Assembly: GCA_964429275.1 (NCBI GenBank) | Contig: CAYSBJ010000001.1 | Coordinates: 62,001-126,000 of the forward strand | From: an uncultured Pseudomonadota bacterium | GTDB taxonomy: Bacteria; Babelota; Babeliae; Babelales; JAUPTZ01 | DNA: 64,000 bases | Direction of reading: 5' to 3' | Position numbers and translations under genes: made by a program | Shown: one piece after another, positions 1 to 10,387 of the stretch | Numbering within the stretch: position 1 is the stretch's first letter | Layout of the letters: each line of letters opens with the position of its first letter | Notes under the pieces: generated by a model | What the model was told of the DNA's origin: nothing | What the model saw: the letters and a program-made list of their open reading frames with translations, nothing else | Database searches by the model: none

Positions 1-12
1 TTGTATTAACAC

Positions 13-441
13 ATGAAAGAAAACCACATGACATACACTGGTGTCGACATTGTACACATCCCTCGTTTTAAGGCATGGCTCAATTATAAAGAGGCTCAGC
101 TACTCACCATTTTCACATCACGGGAAATAGAAGAGCTCGCTAAACGTGCACCAAAGCAGACACAATTCCTTGCTTCACGCTTTGCTGTAAAAGAAGCATT
201 TTATAAAGCAGTAAGCGCTGCCTGTAGTGTCCACCCGGCTATACAACCATTTGGTTTTCGCGCTATTGCACACTTTATAGAAATAGCACCAGAAGCACGA
301 TGGGGCTGCCCCACGATTCTTTTTGATGCCGAACGTTTTCATGCGGCTACCGGCATTGCACTCCCAAAACTTCAGGCAAGCATTTCTCTTGCACACGACC
401 ACGAATATGCTATTGCACAAGTTCTTGTTACGCTTCTATGA
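13..441 (+). CDS. acpS: Holo-[acyl-carrier-protein] synthase (4'-phosphopantetheinyl transferase); start may be ATG at 28
   Basis: GVDIV, LASRFAVKEAFYKA, WGCP and ISLAHDHEYAIAQV motifs. Confidence 0.9.
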   Translation: MKENHMTYTGVDIVHIPRFKAWLNYKEAQLLTIFTSREIEELAKRAPKQTQFLASRFAVKEAFYKAVSAACSVHPAIQPFGFRAIAHFIEIAPEARWGCPTILFDAERFHAATGIALPKLQASISLAHDHEYAIAQVLVTLL

Positions 442-966
442 AACGGTAACTTTCTTATCTGCCGCTTTCTCTGTGGGCTCATCTGCCGGCTTATCCGAAG
501 AGTCGTCTGCAAGATCAGTTATAGTTGACGCGTTGCTAGCGACATCGGTGCTATCAAGTAATGCCGCCAGCGTAGAAGCATCCTCTTGTGACGACTCTAC
601 ATCGCTCATGAATGCCGTCGCTTTTTTCAAGGTATCTCTCTGATAGGCAACGGCAGGTTGCAAAGCAGTTTTCTCTGCCAGTTGATCTTTCAAGGAGGCA
701 AGCGATTCTTTTTCTTGCTTTAAAATCGTCTGCATTATTGAGTACTGAGGATTTGCCTTATCAAGAGCATTCAATTGTTTTTGCGCAGCATCCACATCAA
801 CTTGCTTATTCTTTATTTTGTCATTCAAGGCGGTAATCTGCTGACCAACAAGCGAAGCATAGTCATCAAGTGGCGTTGATTTGGCAGCCGCATCTAAAGA
901 ATCGGCAGCAACAAGGCTCTGGCCGATCCCAACCACGCAAAAGAAAAGGGCGTACAAGAAATTCAT
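436..966 (-). CDS. Secreted hypothetical protein with coiled coil and acidic tail
   Basis: N-terminal signal peptide (MNFLYALFFCVVGIGQSLVAA); heptad-like Q/K/L segment; D/S-rich C-terminus. Confidence 0.7.
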   Translation of the reverse strand: MNFLYALFFCVVGIGQSLVAADSLDAAAKSTPLDDYASLVGQQITALNDKIKNKQVDVDAAQKQLNALDKANPQYSIMQTILKQEKESLASLKDQLAEKTALQPAVAYQRDTLKKATAFMSDVESSQEDASTLAALLDSTDVASNASTITDLADDSSDKPADEPTEKAADKKVTVS

Positions 967-1130
967 AGGTAAAAATCCTTTAAACCATCAATGAGAATGA
1001 TGATACTTTAAAAAAAGAACCGCCATAGTTGTCAATGAATGTCTTTACCTAAGCCAAAATCCTTTGCATACTTCCTCTGTTTTGCCCCCCAGCGCGGCCA
1101 AACGATCATTTCTGTGATAAGGAGAAAACG

Positions 1131-1634
1131 GTGAAAAACTCAGAAATACAAGCAAATCTCTACGCGCTTGCAGTAGAGGCGATGAAGAGAGCATATAACC
1201 CGTACTCACACTACAGCGTGGGGGCAGCGCTCCAAACGACAGATGGCATAGTGCAAGCAGGATGCAATGTTGAAAACGTCTCTTACCGGCTCACACTCTG
1301 TGCCGAAGCAAATGCAATTGGTGCACTTGTTGGTAAGCATGGCCAGGCTACGGTACAACATATTTTAATTGTGGCCAGCGGCACCGGATTTCCTTCTCCC
1401 TGCGGCGCTTGCCGACAAATTATCGCAGAATTTTCTCAACCAGAAACCGAAGTTCATCTCGCCCGCGCTAAAGAACGGGGCGAAGGATTTGATGTGCGCA
1501 CCTATCGCATCAGCGCACTGCTGCCCCTCAGCTTTAGTCAATCGATATTGCACGAGGCGACAGTACCACATACAGAAATTGTGACGCCAAATGTGGTAGT
1601 AAAAGCAGAAAGTAGACAGAGCGCGGTAGAATAG
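1131..1634 (+). CDS. cdd: Cytidine deaminase (homotetrameric type)
   Basis: AYNPYS, GCNVEN, LCAEANA and PSPCGACRQ zinc motifs; AGGAG RBS before GTG. Confidence 0.93.
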   Translation: MKNSEIQANLYALAVEAMKRAYNPYSHYSVGAALQTTDGIVQAGCNVENVSYRLTLCAEANAIGALVGKHGQATVQHILIVASGTGFPSPCGACRQIIAEFSQPETEVHLARAKERGEGFDVRTYRISALLPLSFSQSILHEATVPHTEIVTPNVVVKAESRQSAVE

Positions 1635-1636
1635 TG

Positions 1637-2503
1637 TTAGAGAGAAGGCTCTGGTGACAACGGAAACAGTTCAACTTGCGGTGGGTGTGACTCACGAAAG
1701 GTTATGTTTTTGTGCAAAATATCGTGAGCAAAATAGCAATAACTATTGTATATCATATTCCCATCGGAGTGGTTAATAGTCGACGCGCCCCCTCCCTGCA
1801 TCATAGACGCATTCCATACAGCATTACAAAGAGCCCTCTCCTGTAGTTCACGCGTCGATAAAGTCGTTATCGCTTTAAGTTGTTTTTGTGCAAACAATTG
1901 AGGATTAAATGGCACACCAGCACCAAGCACACAAGCAATAAGATCGTTCTTTGCCTCTTGAGAGATATCAGGGCCACGGCCGTCCTCAAAGGGTAACCGC
2001 TGCAGATCTATAGGTAACGCAGCATCAACATCAGCGTAAGCCCGAGGAAGAGGAAGTGGTTCTGGCAACTGAAAATCATCGGCAAAATCAACCTTTTTCT
2101 TTTTTAGCGATGGCTTGCTCTTCGACATTAGCGTAGTTGCTGTGCTGACAGTAGTATTTGGCACTTCATTTGTTGGATTATCTGCTTGGCCAAGCTTCTC
2201 TTCCCCGCTTGTAGCAAAAGTACCCACACCACCACCAGCAGCCATAAGCAGGGCCAGAACATTCAGTTTCTTAAGGAGATGCTTCTTGTACGTTAACGCC
2301 GCTTTTTCTTCCGGAGTCTGGGCATTCGTAATGGCTTTGTTCAAGTAAGCCATGTAACCAGTAAAGCCAAGTGTTCCCAACAACCCTCCGACCAGAGAGT
2401 ACTTACTCACGTTATGGATGGTTTCACGCGAAATTGCGCCAACAGTACTCACCGGTACGACTGCTACTACGACCATCAACAAGCCAAAAAATCTATTTTT
2501 CAT
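1637..2503 (-). CDS. Exported protein with hydrophobic hairpin module; N-terminal paralog of 4291..8751
   Basis: Signal peptide, then SLVGGLLGTLGFTGYMAYLNKAI...AQTPEEKA...LKKLN shared with the 1486-aa ORF. Confidence 0.8.
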   Translation of the reverse strand: MKNRFFGLLMVVVAVVPVSTVGAISRETIHNVSKYSLVGGLLGTLGFTGYMAYLNKAITNAQTPEEKAALTYKKHLLKKLNVLALLMAAGGGVGTFATSGEEKLGQADNPTNEVPNTTVSTATTLMSKSKPSLKKKKVDFADDFQLPEPLPLPRAYADVDAALPIDLQRLPFEDGRGPDISQEAKNDLIACVLGAGVPFNPQLFAQKQLKAITTLSTRELQERALCNAVWNASMMQGGGASTINHSDGNMIYNSYCYFAHDILHKNITFRESHPPQVELFPLSPEPSL

Positions 2504-2581
2504 GCACTATACCCCAAATGATTAAGAATTTCAGTGTAATCAATCAGGCAAATAACGCAATAGAAAAGGCCTTTTTTTGCC

Positions 2582-4210
2582 TTAAAAAATCTCATCCACC
2601 AGCGTTTCCAGCTTCTGGACCGCGACCCCGGCCATCATATCGGCGTAGAAGGTTTCGTCATACTCACGGGTACGCACCACCACCGGCATTGGTACCGCAT
2701 GGCCCATAACAAGCGCCTGCTTTTTGGTATCCAATGACGCCAAAATCGCCCGCAGGCCAGAGCCGTTGCTTACACCAGTTAGTACCGCCTGAATGTCTTT
2801 ATCATCAGACAGCAAGGCTACAATCTTGGTTCCCACCTGCGAAATGATTTCCTGGTCAATACCAGAAGGCCGCTGGTCCACAATGAGGAGCGAGACGTAG
2901 TACTTACGCATTTCCCGCGCTATTACGCCGAAAATGGTTTGTTTTGCCGCTTGAGGATTAAGGAACTTGTGCGCCTCTTCAATGGTAATCATAAGTTTTT
3001 TCGGTTCATCCGCTGCATTCTGCGTGGCAAGAAATTTTTCTGTTTTGGCCACATAAATGTCATGAAGACGACGTGTAATGATATTTGAGATGAGCAGATA
3101 ACACAGAAGCGAGGTGTGGTTACCAAACTCCAGTACCACATGGATGCCACGATCAAGGTACTCAAACAGTGTGTCGATAACGGAAGAGCCTTGGCCCTCA
3201 CGGCGCAGAAATGGGAATTTTTCTAAGCGTTTTAACTTGCGATACAAAGCCGCCACCGATTCGGCGTGAGCACCGATTTCTTCGGCAAATTCTTTAGCAT
3301 TTGCTCCCTGCGACAAGAGCACCGAAAGCCACTGTTTTTTGTATTTGTTGGCAATCAAGTACGCAGCTTCAAGAGCAGTCGGATGCAGATTAAGCTCATC
3401 CTGCAATGGCATCACATCTTCCACGCGAATGTCATCAAAACTCAAAAACACTTCAACGTCTGGCGCACAGCCTCGGCGACGGGTTGACTCAGGGTCTAAA
3501 GAAAAGATGGCAACTTTATCGGGGAACAAAGTTTTGAGCCCTTTTACAAACACAATCCCTTCCCCTTCACGACGAGCCTGCACCCCGTACTCTGAATGCA
3601 TATCAAATACCAAATTCACCGCAGCCTGGCTCTTCACTAATCCTGCCAAGATAAGGCGTGTAATGAACGTTTTTCCCGTACCAGTCTTTCCAAAAATGCC
3701 GTTGGAACGCTCGGCAAAAAGGTTCAGATCAAGGCAAATAGGAGTGTCCATATCCAGCGGCTTGCCGATATTAAAATACTTCCGATGAGAGACTTCAGAA
3801 CCAAAGATATGGGCAACATCAGCCGCGCTTGCTTCGAGCACATCAGCAAAATGCGCCGGAATTGTTTTGACTGGCATGCGGGAATGAGTGGCGTGATCAA
3901 GCATCAGCATCGGGCGCAAAGAAACGGTCGCATACATATCACGCTTGCTGAGCATCGCATGCAGCAAAATCTCCTGCTTTGTCGGCGGAAATAAAAGAAT
4001 GTCTTGATTAGTAACCTGCAGCTGTATATCAGTAATGAGCGAAAAAAAACTGTAATGCAGACCACGCACACAGGCAAACTTGCCGGTCTTGATAGACTCC
4101 AGCGGGTAGTCAGCCGACAAACGCATGGTCAGGCCTTCCGTCAGCGAGCCACCAACAATGGTTCCGAGCTGACGAACAGCAGTGTCATTTTTCTTTTTTT
4201 GGGGCATCAT
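2582..4210 (-). CDS. HerA/DUF87-family P-loop ATPase
   Basis: HAS-barrel-like N-terminus, Walker A GKTGTGKT, VFDMHSEY, Walker B ITIEEAHKF, REMRKY and DQRPS. Confidence 0.85.
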   Translation of the reverse strand: MMPQKKKNDTAVRQLGTIVGGSLTEGLTMRLSADYPLESIKTGKFACVRGLHYSFFSLITDIQLQVTNQDILLFPPTKQEILLHAMLSKRDMYATVSLRPMLMLDHATHSRMPVKTIPAHFADVLEASAADVAHIFGSEVSHRKYFNIGKPLDMDTPICLDLNLFAERSNGIFGKTGTGKTFITRLILAGLVKSQAAVNLVFDMHSEYGVQARREGEGIVFVKGLKTLFPDKVAIFSLDPESTRRRGCAPDVEVFLSFDDIRVEDVMPLQDELNLHPTALEAAYLIANKYKKQWLSVLLSQGANAKEFAEEIGAHAESVAALYRKLKRLEKFPFLRREGQGSSVIDTLFEYLDRGIHVVLEFGNHTSLLCYLLISNIITRRLHDIYVAKTEKFLATQNAADEPKKLMITIEEAHKFLNPQAAKQTIFGVIAREMRKYYVSLLIVDQRPSGIDQEIISQVGTKIVALLSDDKDIQAVLTGVSNGSGLRAILASLDTKKQALVMGHAVPMPVVVRTREYDETFYADMMAGVAVQKLETLVDEIF

Positions 4211-4290
4211 ACAGCATACTTTCTTTACGCGGTTTTCGGGGTGATTAGTGATGCCCCATGGTACAAAGATATGGAAAAAAATAAAAGAGG

Positions 4291-7200
4291 CTAGGCTTCA
4301 GCCAAATCTCCAACAGCTTCAGCACTCATTTGGGCAACGTCCACAACAACCACGGAAATATTGTCCCCACTGCCGAGCCTGAAGGCTTCCGCAACTAAGA
4401 GCTTACTAATTTCTTGGCAATCAGCGCCATTGGCACGTTGCGCCTTAACAAACGCGGCAGCGGCCTCATTGGACATCTTGTCCCACAAGCCGTCGCATGC
4501 AAGTACGACAAAGTCAACTGGAGAATTAAGCAGATAAATATCCGGTTTAATGCCAATTACATAGTTCCGCGCCGAACCAGAACCTACTGGTTTGAAATGA
4601 GCGTCGCCAAAGCCACGGGAAACGGATAGGCCACTATCTCCAACGTAACAACGATTATCAAGTTGCACCTTGCCGCCCTGATCTATTATGCGCTTACGCT
4701 CTGCTTCGTCAGTCGGCTTATGGTCTTTTGTTCCAACAATAACATTTCCATCTGCATCCAACGCAATAGCACGGCAATCTCCAAGATTTATAAGACGCTT
4801 TTTGCCATCCACCGTTTGCAGGAAGAACACAGCAGGAGCCCCTCCGACCAGTGTCTCCCCATCAACCTTACCCTCTAATAAAAATGTGTCCAACTCTTTT
4901 ACAGCCTCACATATATTCTCATCAGTTATCGAACCACCAACCAGCTTTGCTTTCAAAAAATCACTAAATTGTCTAGAAACAGTTATTGCCAATTTATAGC
5001 CTCCGCTATGGCCGTCAATAACACCGAAAAGCTTATTGCCTTCAAAATCACGCACACATACTGCATCTTCCATTTCCGACCTCTTCCCTTGGATCTCGGT
5101 CGCGCCCGCATAAGAGGGCATGCTCACAAAGTTATTTGCCTGGTCAAAATTGTACTGTGCGGCCGTTGCTTCCCACAAGCGCTGCTGTTTCTCAACATAG
5201 AGCATCCGCATGCTATCACATTCTTGTATCGACATCTCTTCTAGAGAAGTAGCAAGCTCCCCAAATGTAACACCAGTGGGAGCAAAAGGCTCATCGGGGA
5301 CTACTTCTTGCCCCAAAAGACAACCGTACTTCAAAGTTCCGGAGAGACGGAAATATTCCTGAGGCGAAGAGGAGTAGGCGGCCGGCAGGAGAAGGGCAAA
5401 TCGCCCTTGCTCGTCCTTAAAAACAGGGGCAGAATTGAGGTCTGTTTCCACGAAAGAACTACCAACATGGTACCCATTACTATTAAAGAATTTCTGAAAA
5501 TTCATGTACACCAAAAACTCATCACGCAGCCTCGTCCTCTCATCCGTCAAGTTGTCCCGGCGCACAGCAACCCCTGGGGCTTCCATGGCGCCGCTTCCAT
5601 CCAAAGGCCCACCGGCAGCCGCTCGAGGCGAACGGGGTGCAGAAACAGAGACAGAAGCTACCACTGATGCTGCAGGTCCGGACAAATGAGATACTGACAC
5701 ACTAGGCTCAGTCGGAGCTGGAGCAGGCACGGGGGCAACAACAAATCTAGCCGCAGCCTCTCGAGGCTCCGGCACCGTCACGGCTTCATCATCAGCATCC
5801 ACACTTGCCGCGGCACGTGGTTTAAATTTGAATACGAGCGCCGTTGTGTCGTCTTCCACCTGTGCGCGGCTATTTCTTGCGCTTCTACGTACGAAGTCTA
5901 CAAGCGCTTGTCCAAGATTTTGCTTGTTAGATGCAGCCAACTCAAGCTCTCTTTTAATGTCCTCAAATGAAATAGCCGGCTCTCTCTCTACGCCACTAGA
6001 AGTACTTATATGATCCAAAACACCATCACATGCGACAATCAAATACTCAGCGTTATCAGGGATCTGAAAATCCCTCGTCTCTAGATCGTTTAATAAACCA
6101 TGTACAAAACCAGTATCCCTCTTTGTTCTACCACCCAAGGCCTTATGCTGGGATGGACCAACAACAACGCTTCCATCGCGACAAATAACAAAGCATCCTG
6201 AGTCGCCAGCATTCTGGACCGAGCACGTTCTGCCGTCAGCAGAAATTTGCGCAACGCATGCCATGCAGCCACCGCCAAAAAGTGAAATGCGCCCTATTTG
6301 GTCCGCCAAATCGCGTCCTGAGAATCGTCCAGCTTCAGCCGCATTATAGATATTTTTTTCTTGGTCGTATACGTTACGATAAGAAGCGCTCGCATCAAGC
6401 AATGACCTGCCCTGAGACACCTTTTCCATGAGAAACTTGGCCAAGTTTGCGCCGCCAGCTGCATGCTCAACAGGGCACCCATCAAACATAAGGTGAAAAG
6501 GCACTTGACTGTTTCCATCAAAAACACCTGCGCAAAGCCCGGAAGCAAAAGCTGCATCTTGGTCACATCTAGGCCCAAAACGCCCTTCATTGTAACCGGA
6601 TAGGTGTCCCATATACCAATCACCCAACGGCGTTCCAACACAAAGCGCCTGATCATTACGAGCACCCACAAATGTACAAATTTGAGCTACCCGATTAAAA
6701 CGGTCAACTGTCTCTAGTTTTGGTTCATAAATTTTGTATTCAAATTCTCCAGGCTGTCCCTTTTTTGGTGTAGAAAATCTGTATTCAAATACCCTAAGCT
6801 GTTCAAAATCCGGGTCAAGCGACCGCGTTAATGCCACATCAAATCCTTCCGCCCTCCCCAACAACGCAGGGCGATCAGTTGAGGCGGCTGATGCCGCCTC
6901 AGATTCACCGGCCGGCAGAGAAGTTCCCGCGCGAAGCTCCTTTAAGTAGCTCGCTACTTCTGGATGAGGTTGAGCGAGCTCTTCAGCAGTTTTGCCATCG
7001 TTATCTTTGAGCCCAATATCTGCTCCATGCGTGACTAGAAACTTAACCATAGGTAGATAGCCACTATGAGCTGCGCTCATAAGTGCTGTGCGATTTTTAT
7101 TGTCAACATCTTTTGCATTAATATCCACTCCACGAGCTAGCAAAATCTCAGCGTCTTGAACAAACTGAGCATAGACCCCCTCAACACCCATTTCCTCAGG

Positions 7201-8751
7201 CTTTGCCGTCAGGAGGTCAACAAGACCACTAAAAGTCTCTGGTACCGCAGAAACAGAGCCCGGAGTAAGCCCATTCAAATGCCGCATCAATCGATCTGCA
7301 GGCTTGGGGGTAGAAAGCGGCAATGCGCTAAGAATAGCATCACCGTAGGAATGGCTAAAGCGAGCATTCTCGCGCAAGAACCTGGTCATATTTTCATCCT
7401 CGAGCGCATAGTCAATAGCGGTCTTGCCTTGATCGTCTTTGATAAATGGAGACGCATTCATGATTAACAACTTCGGCACAGCAGGTGTGTTGCGATCACA
7501 AACCGCCATCGTCAGGGCAGTGCGACCACGATCGTTTTTATCATCAATAGAAACGCCCCGCTCAAGAAAGATATCCAGATCCTTGCGAAAACGATCAGCC
7601 AGGGTGTCCAGCGATGCCTCAGCACGAGCGCCATCCCCTTGGAAGAGCTGCGGAATCAAGACATTGAAACGCTCGACGAGCTGGAATAGCGTTGCCGGAG
7701 GGGTATCATAATCGAAAATACCAAACTCCTCCGCATATCTACCAAGATTTTCAGGCTGCCTCATGATGGCCTCTTCGGGCCGTGGTGTCGAAACTCTGTG
7801 CGGTGACGTGGAGCTGGGACTTGCCGAGGTTAATTCGGACGGCGACGCGGGCGACCGAGGCGAACCTGATGCAGAAGCAGGAAAAGGAGCAGCGGGCAAA
7901 ATAGGGGTCGTTAAACCTGAAGTACGAGGCGCCGCCGAAGGTATTGGAGTCCGCGCTGCAGCAAGCGAAGGGCTTATGCCAGAAGGAATTGAAGCCGAAG
8001 GTCGTGGCTCTGCACTGGAGGCTGATGAAGAAGATACAACAGGAATACTGGAGGGCTCAGTCATCCGCACGGCAGGCGCTTGTTGCGGAGCCGACGCGCT
8101 TGAGGATGCCGGAGTAGTTAGTTTCTTTGATGAAGGACGAGTTGACTTCGGATGCTTTAGAGCAACCGGTACTACTGGAAGAGCAGGTACTGAGGCATGA
8201 CCCGAAACCAATGGCTTCAACGCAGCGGGGGACGTAGTAGGTCTTGTTTGCGCAGAAACAACTGGCGATGCCGTTGGCGCTGTAGGGGCCGCTGGCTGAG
8301 GCGTGACTAAAGGCTCTACGGATGGTGCCGCATCGCCATCTTCTTCTCCATCCGAAAGGCTTTCTGCATCATCTTCCGAGGAAGTGCTTCCTCCAGGCGA
8401 AGCAATTAATTCATCATTTTTTGAATGAGTAACCAGCTGAGGCTTATCTTCACCGCGCCCAGCAAGAATACCAGCACCCCCACCGGCGGCAACAATCATG
8501 GCCACGATATTAAGTTTTTTGAGAAGGTTTTTTGTACGCAAAATCTCTGCTTTTTCTTCTGGGGTCTGAGCATTAGCAATAGCCTTATTCAGGTAAGCCA
8601 TGTAACCAGTAAAACCAAGTGTTCCCAGCAACCCTCCGACCAAAGAGAACTTACCAACGTTATACATTGTTTCACGGGGAAGTGCCGTTAGATTACCAGC
8701 TGGAAGACTCACTAAAATGGCCATCATCAGGCCAAAAAACCTTTTTTTCAT
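4291..8751 (-). CDS. Large exported protein: hairpin module, S/P/A linker, ankyrin repeats and two PP2C-type phosphatase domains
   Basis: Ankyrin motifs GRTALTMAV, GKTAIDYA and NRTALMSAAHSG; PP2C motifs VIDGHSG, NLGDCRA, DHKP, VSRGFGD, VLACDGLWD, GSGDNISV; a second divergent set VFDG/AGDSG/ACDGVLD/DDTT. Confidence 0.88.
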   Translation of the reverse strand: MKKRFFGLMMAILVSLPAGNLTALPRETMYNVGKFSLVGGLLGTLGFTGYMAYLNKAIANAQTPEEKAEILRTKNLLKKLNIVAMIVAAGGGAGILAGRGEDKPQLVTHSKNDELIASPGGSTSSEDDAESLSDGEEDGDAAPSVEPLVTPQPAAPTAPTASPVVSAQTRPTTSPAALKPLVSGHASVPALPVVPVALKHPKSTRPSSKKLTTPASSSASAPQQAPAVRMTEPSSIPVVSSSSASSAEPRPSASIPSGISPSLAAARTPIPSAAPRTSGLTTPILPAAPFPASASGSPRSPASPSELTSASPSSTSPHRVSTPRPEEAIMRQPENLGRYAEEFGIFDYDTPPATLFQLVERFNVLIPQLFQGDGARAEASLDTLADRFRKDLDIFLERGVSIDDKNDRGRTALTMAVCDRNTPAVPKLLIMNASPFIKDDQGKTAIDYALEDENMTRFLRENARFSHSYGDAILSALPLSTPKPADRLMRHLNGLTPGSVSAVPETFSGLVDLLTAKPEEMGVEGVYAQFVQDAEILLARGVDINAKDVDNKNRTALMSAAHSGYLPMVKFLVTHGADIGLKDNDGKTAEELAQPHPEVASYLKELRAGTSLPAGESEAASAASTDRPALLGRAEGFDVALTRSLDPDFEQLRVFEYRFSTPKKGQPGEFEYKIYEPKLETVDRFNRVAQICTFVGARNDQALCVGTPLGDWYMGHLSGYNEGRFGPRCDQDAAFASGLCAGVFDGNSQVPFHLMFDGCPVEHAAGGANLAKFLMEKVSQGRSLLDASASYRNVYDQEKNIYNAAEAGRFSGRDLADQIGRISLFGGGCMACVAQISADGRTCSVQNAGDSGCFVICRDGSVVVGPSQHKALGGRTKRDTGFVHGLLNDLETRDFQIPDNAEYLIVACDGVLDHISTSSGVEREPAISFEDIKRELELAASNKQNLGQALVDFVRRSARNSRAQVEDDTTALVFKFKPRAAASVDADDEAVTVPEPREAAARFVVAPVPAPAPTEPSVSVSHLSGPAASVVASVSVSAPRSPRAAAGGPLDGSGAMEAPGVAVRRDNLTDERTRLRDEFLVYMNFQKFFNSNGYHVGSSFVETDLNSAPVFKDEQGRFALLLPAAYSSSPQEYFRLSGTLKYGCLLGQEVVPDEPFAPTGVTFGELATSLEEMSIQECDSMRMLYVEKQQRLWEATAAQYNFDQANNFVSMPSYAGATEIQGKRSEMEDAVCVRDFEGNKLFGVIDGHSGGYKLAITVSRQFSDFLKAKLVGGSITDENICEAVKELDTFLLEGKVDGETLVGGAPAVFFLQTVDGKKRLINLGDCRAIALDADGNVIVGTKDHKPTDEAERKRIIDQGGKVQLDNRCYVGDSGLSVSRGFGDAHFKPVGSGSARNYVIGIKPDIYLLNSPVDFVVLACDGLWDKMSNEAAAAFVKAQRANGADCQEISKLLVAEAFRLGSGDNISVVVVDVAQMSAEAVGDLAEA

Positions 8752-8863
8752 ACGTATATCCTCAGATTATAAAGAGGTTTTAGTATAAACAAATAGATTA
8801 ATAACGCTACAAGAAAAAGCTTTTATCGCCATGACTTCCCTTGTCCTCTCGCAACTCCTGTTT

Positions 8864-10387
8864 TCATCGCGATAACGTCCTAAATGACAATGCCTCCTGA
8901 ATGTGTGGCGCTTCAATGAGCTCACTTCCCGCTAAATCAGCAATAGTTCGGGCAATTTTGAGCACTTTATGATAACCCCGCATACTGAGCCCGAGACGGT
9001 CAAAATTAGCAGCGATTAAAGTATGTGCCACCGCAGCAAGTTTGCAAAATTCGACCACCTGCTGCCCTTGCAGCTGACCATTTAAACACTGCTGACCACG
9101 GGCAAACTGCAGGTCTCTCGCCTTGAGCACGACTGCAGCCATTTCTGCCGAGCTTGGGCCATCTCTTCGTTGCTCGCCGCTCACTTCATCATAATGCACC
9201 GCCCGAACCGGCACATGCAAATCAATGCGATCAAGCAATGGGCCAGAAAGTTTTCCAATATATGACTGCACTTGCTGCGGGCTACATCGGCAACGCTCCG
9301 GATTTCCAAAATACCCACACGGACACGGATTCATGGCTGCAATAAGCAAGAAGGATGCAGGGAAAACCAGTGATCCTTGTGCACGCGATATACGCACAAC
9401 ACCACTTTCCATTGGCTGACGAAGCACTTCAATGGTTGCACGTGAAAACTCAGTCAGTTCGTCTAAAAACAAAATACCATGATGCGCCAAACTCACTTCA
9501 CCAGGACGCGGCACGCTGCCGCCACCAATCAGTCCGGCCTGCGAAACCGTATGGTGCGGCGCACGCACCGGCCGGCGCGTCACCAGTGAGCGTGAACCTA
9601 ACATACCGGCCACTGAATACACTTTCGTAATGCCAATCACTTCTTCAAAAGAAAGCGGCGGCAACAATGTACGCAAACGCTGTGCAAGCATTGTTTTGCC
9701 AGAGCCCGGCGGGCCAATCATAATCAAGTTATGATGACCTGCAGCAGCCAAAAGGAGCGCGCGCTTTGCTGACCACTGACCAGCAACATCGGCCATATCT
9801 TCTGCTGGCTCTTGTGCGCACGCGGCGGCAAATTGCACCTCAAATTGTGATGGCATCGCTGCAATCATTTGTGCCCCGCGCAAATAAGAAATAAGTTCTG
9901 TGATATGGGTCACACCAATTACTTCAATACCTCCAACTAGTGCTGCTTCCGCCGCGTTCCCTGCTGGAACAATTAAGCGCCGCTTTCCTTGCGATCGCAT
10001 GTAATCAGCAATGGCAAGGACTCCACACACGGGTCGTATTGAACCGTCAAGCGCAAGCTCCCCCAAGAACATGGTTTCATCAAAATACGCTTGTTGCGCA
10101 GGAATTTCTCCGGCCGCAAGCAACAGCGCAATCGAAATAGGAACATCAAACAACACATCCTGTTTCTTAATGTGCGCCGGCGCTAAGTTGACCGTAATTG
10201 AGCGTGTCGGAAATGCGCTTCCACTATTCTTGAGCGCTGCACGAATACGCTCCTTGCTCTCATTGATCGCTTTGTCTGGCAGTCCAACGATCGAAAATGA
10301 AACAAGGCCAGGACTCAAATCAACTTCAACTTCAATTAATTGTGCATCAACACCCACCGTTGTGGCGCTATAAATTCGTGCATGCAT
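8864..10387 (-). CDS. comM: YifB/ComM Mg-chelatase-like AAA+ ATPase
   Basis: IVGLPDKAINESKERIRAA, GPPGSGKT, RAPHHT, GEVSLAHHGILFLDE, AAMNPCPCG; start adjusted to MHARIYS. Confidence 0.93.
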   Translation of the reverse strand: MHARIYSATTVGVDAQLIEVEVDLSPGLVSFSIVGLPDKAINESKERIRAALKNSGSAFPTRSITVNLAPAHIKKQDVLFDVPISIALLLAAGEIPAQQAYFDETMFLGELALDGSIRPVCGVLAIADYMRSQGKRRLIVPAGNAAEAALVGGIEVIGVTHITELISYLRGAQMIAAMPSQFEVQFAAACAQEPAEDMADVAGQWSAKRALLLAAAGHHNLIMIGPPGSGKTMLAQRLRTLLPPLSFEEVIGITKVYSVAGMLGSRSLVTRRPVRAPHHTVSQAGLIGGGSVPRPGEVSLAHHGILFLDELTEFSRATIEVLRQPMESGVVRISRAQGSLVFPASFLLIAAMNPCPCGYFGNPERCRCSPQQVQSYIGKLSGPLLDRIDLHVPVRAVHYDEVSGEQRRDGPSSAEMAAVVLKARDLQFARGQQCLNGQLQGQQVVEFCKLAAVAHTLIAANFDRLGLSMRGYHKVLKIARTIADLAGSELIEAPHIQEALSFRTLSR

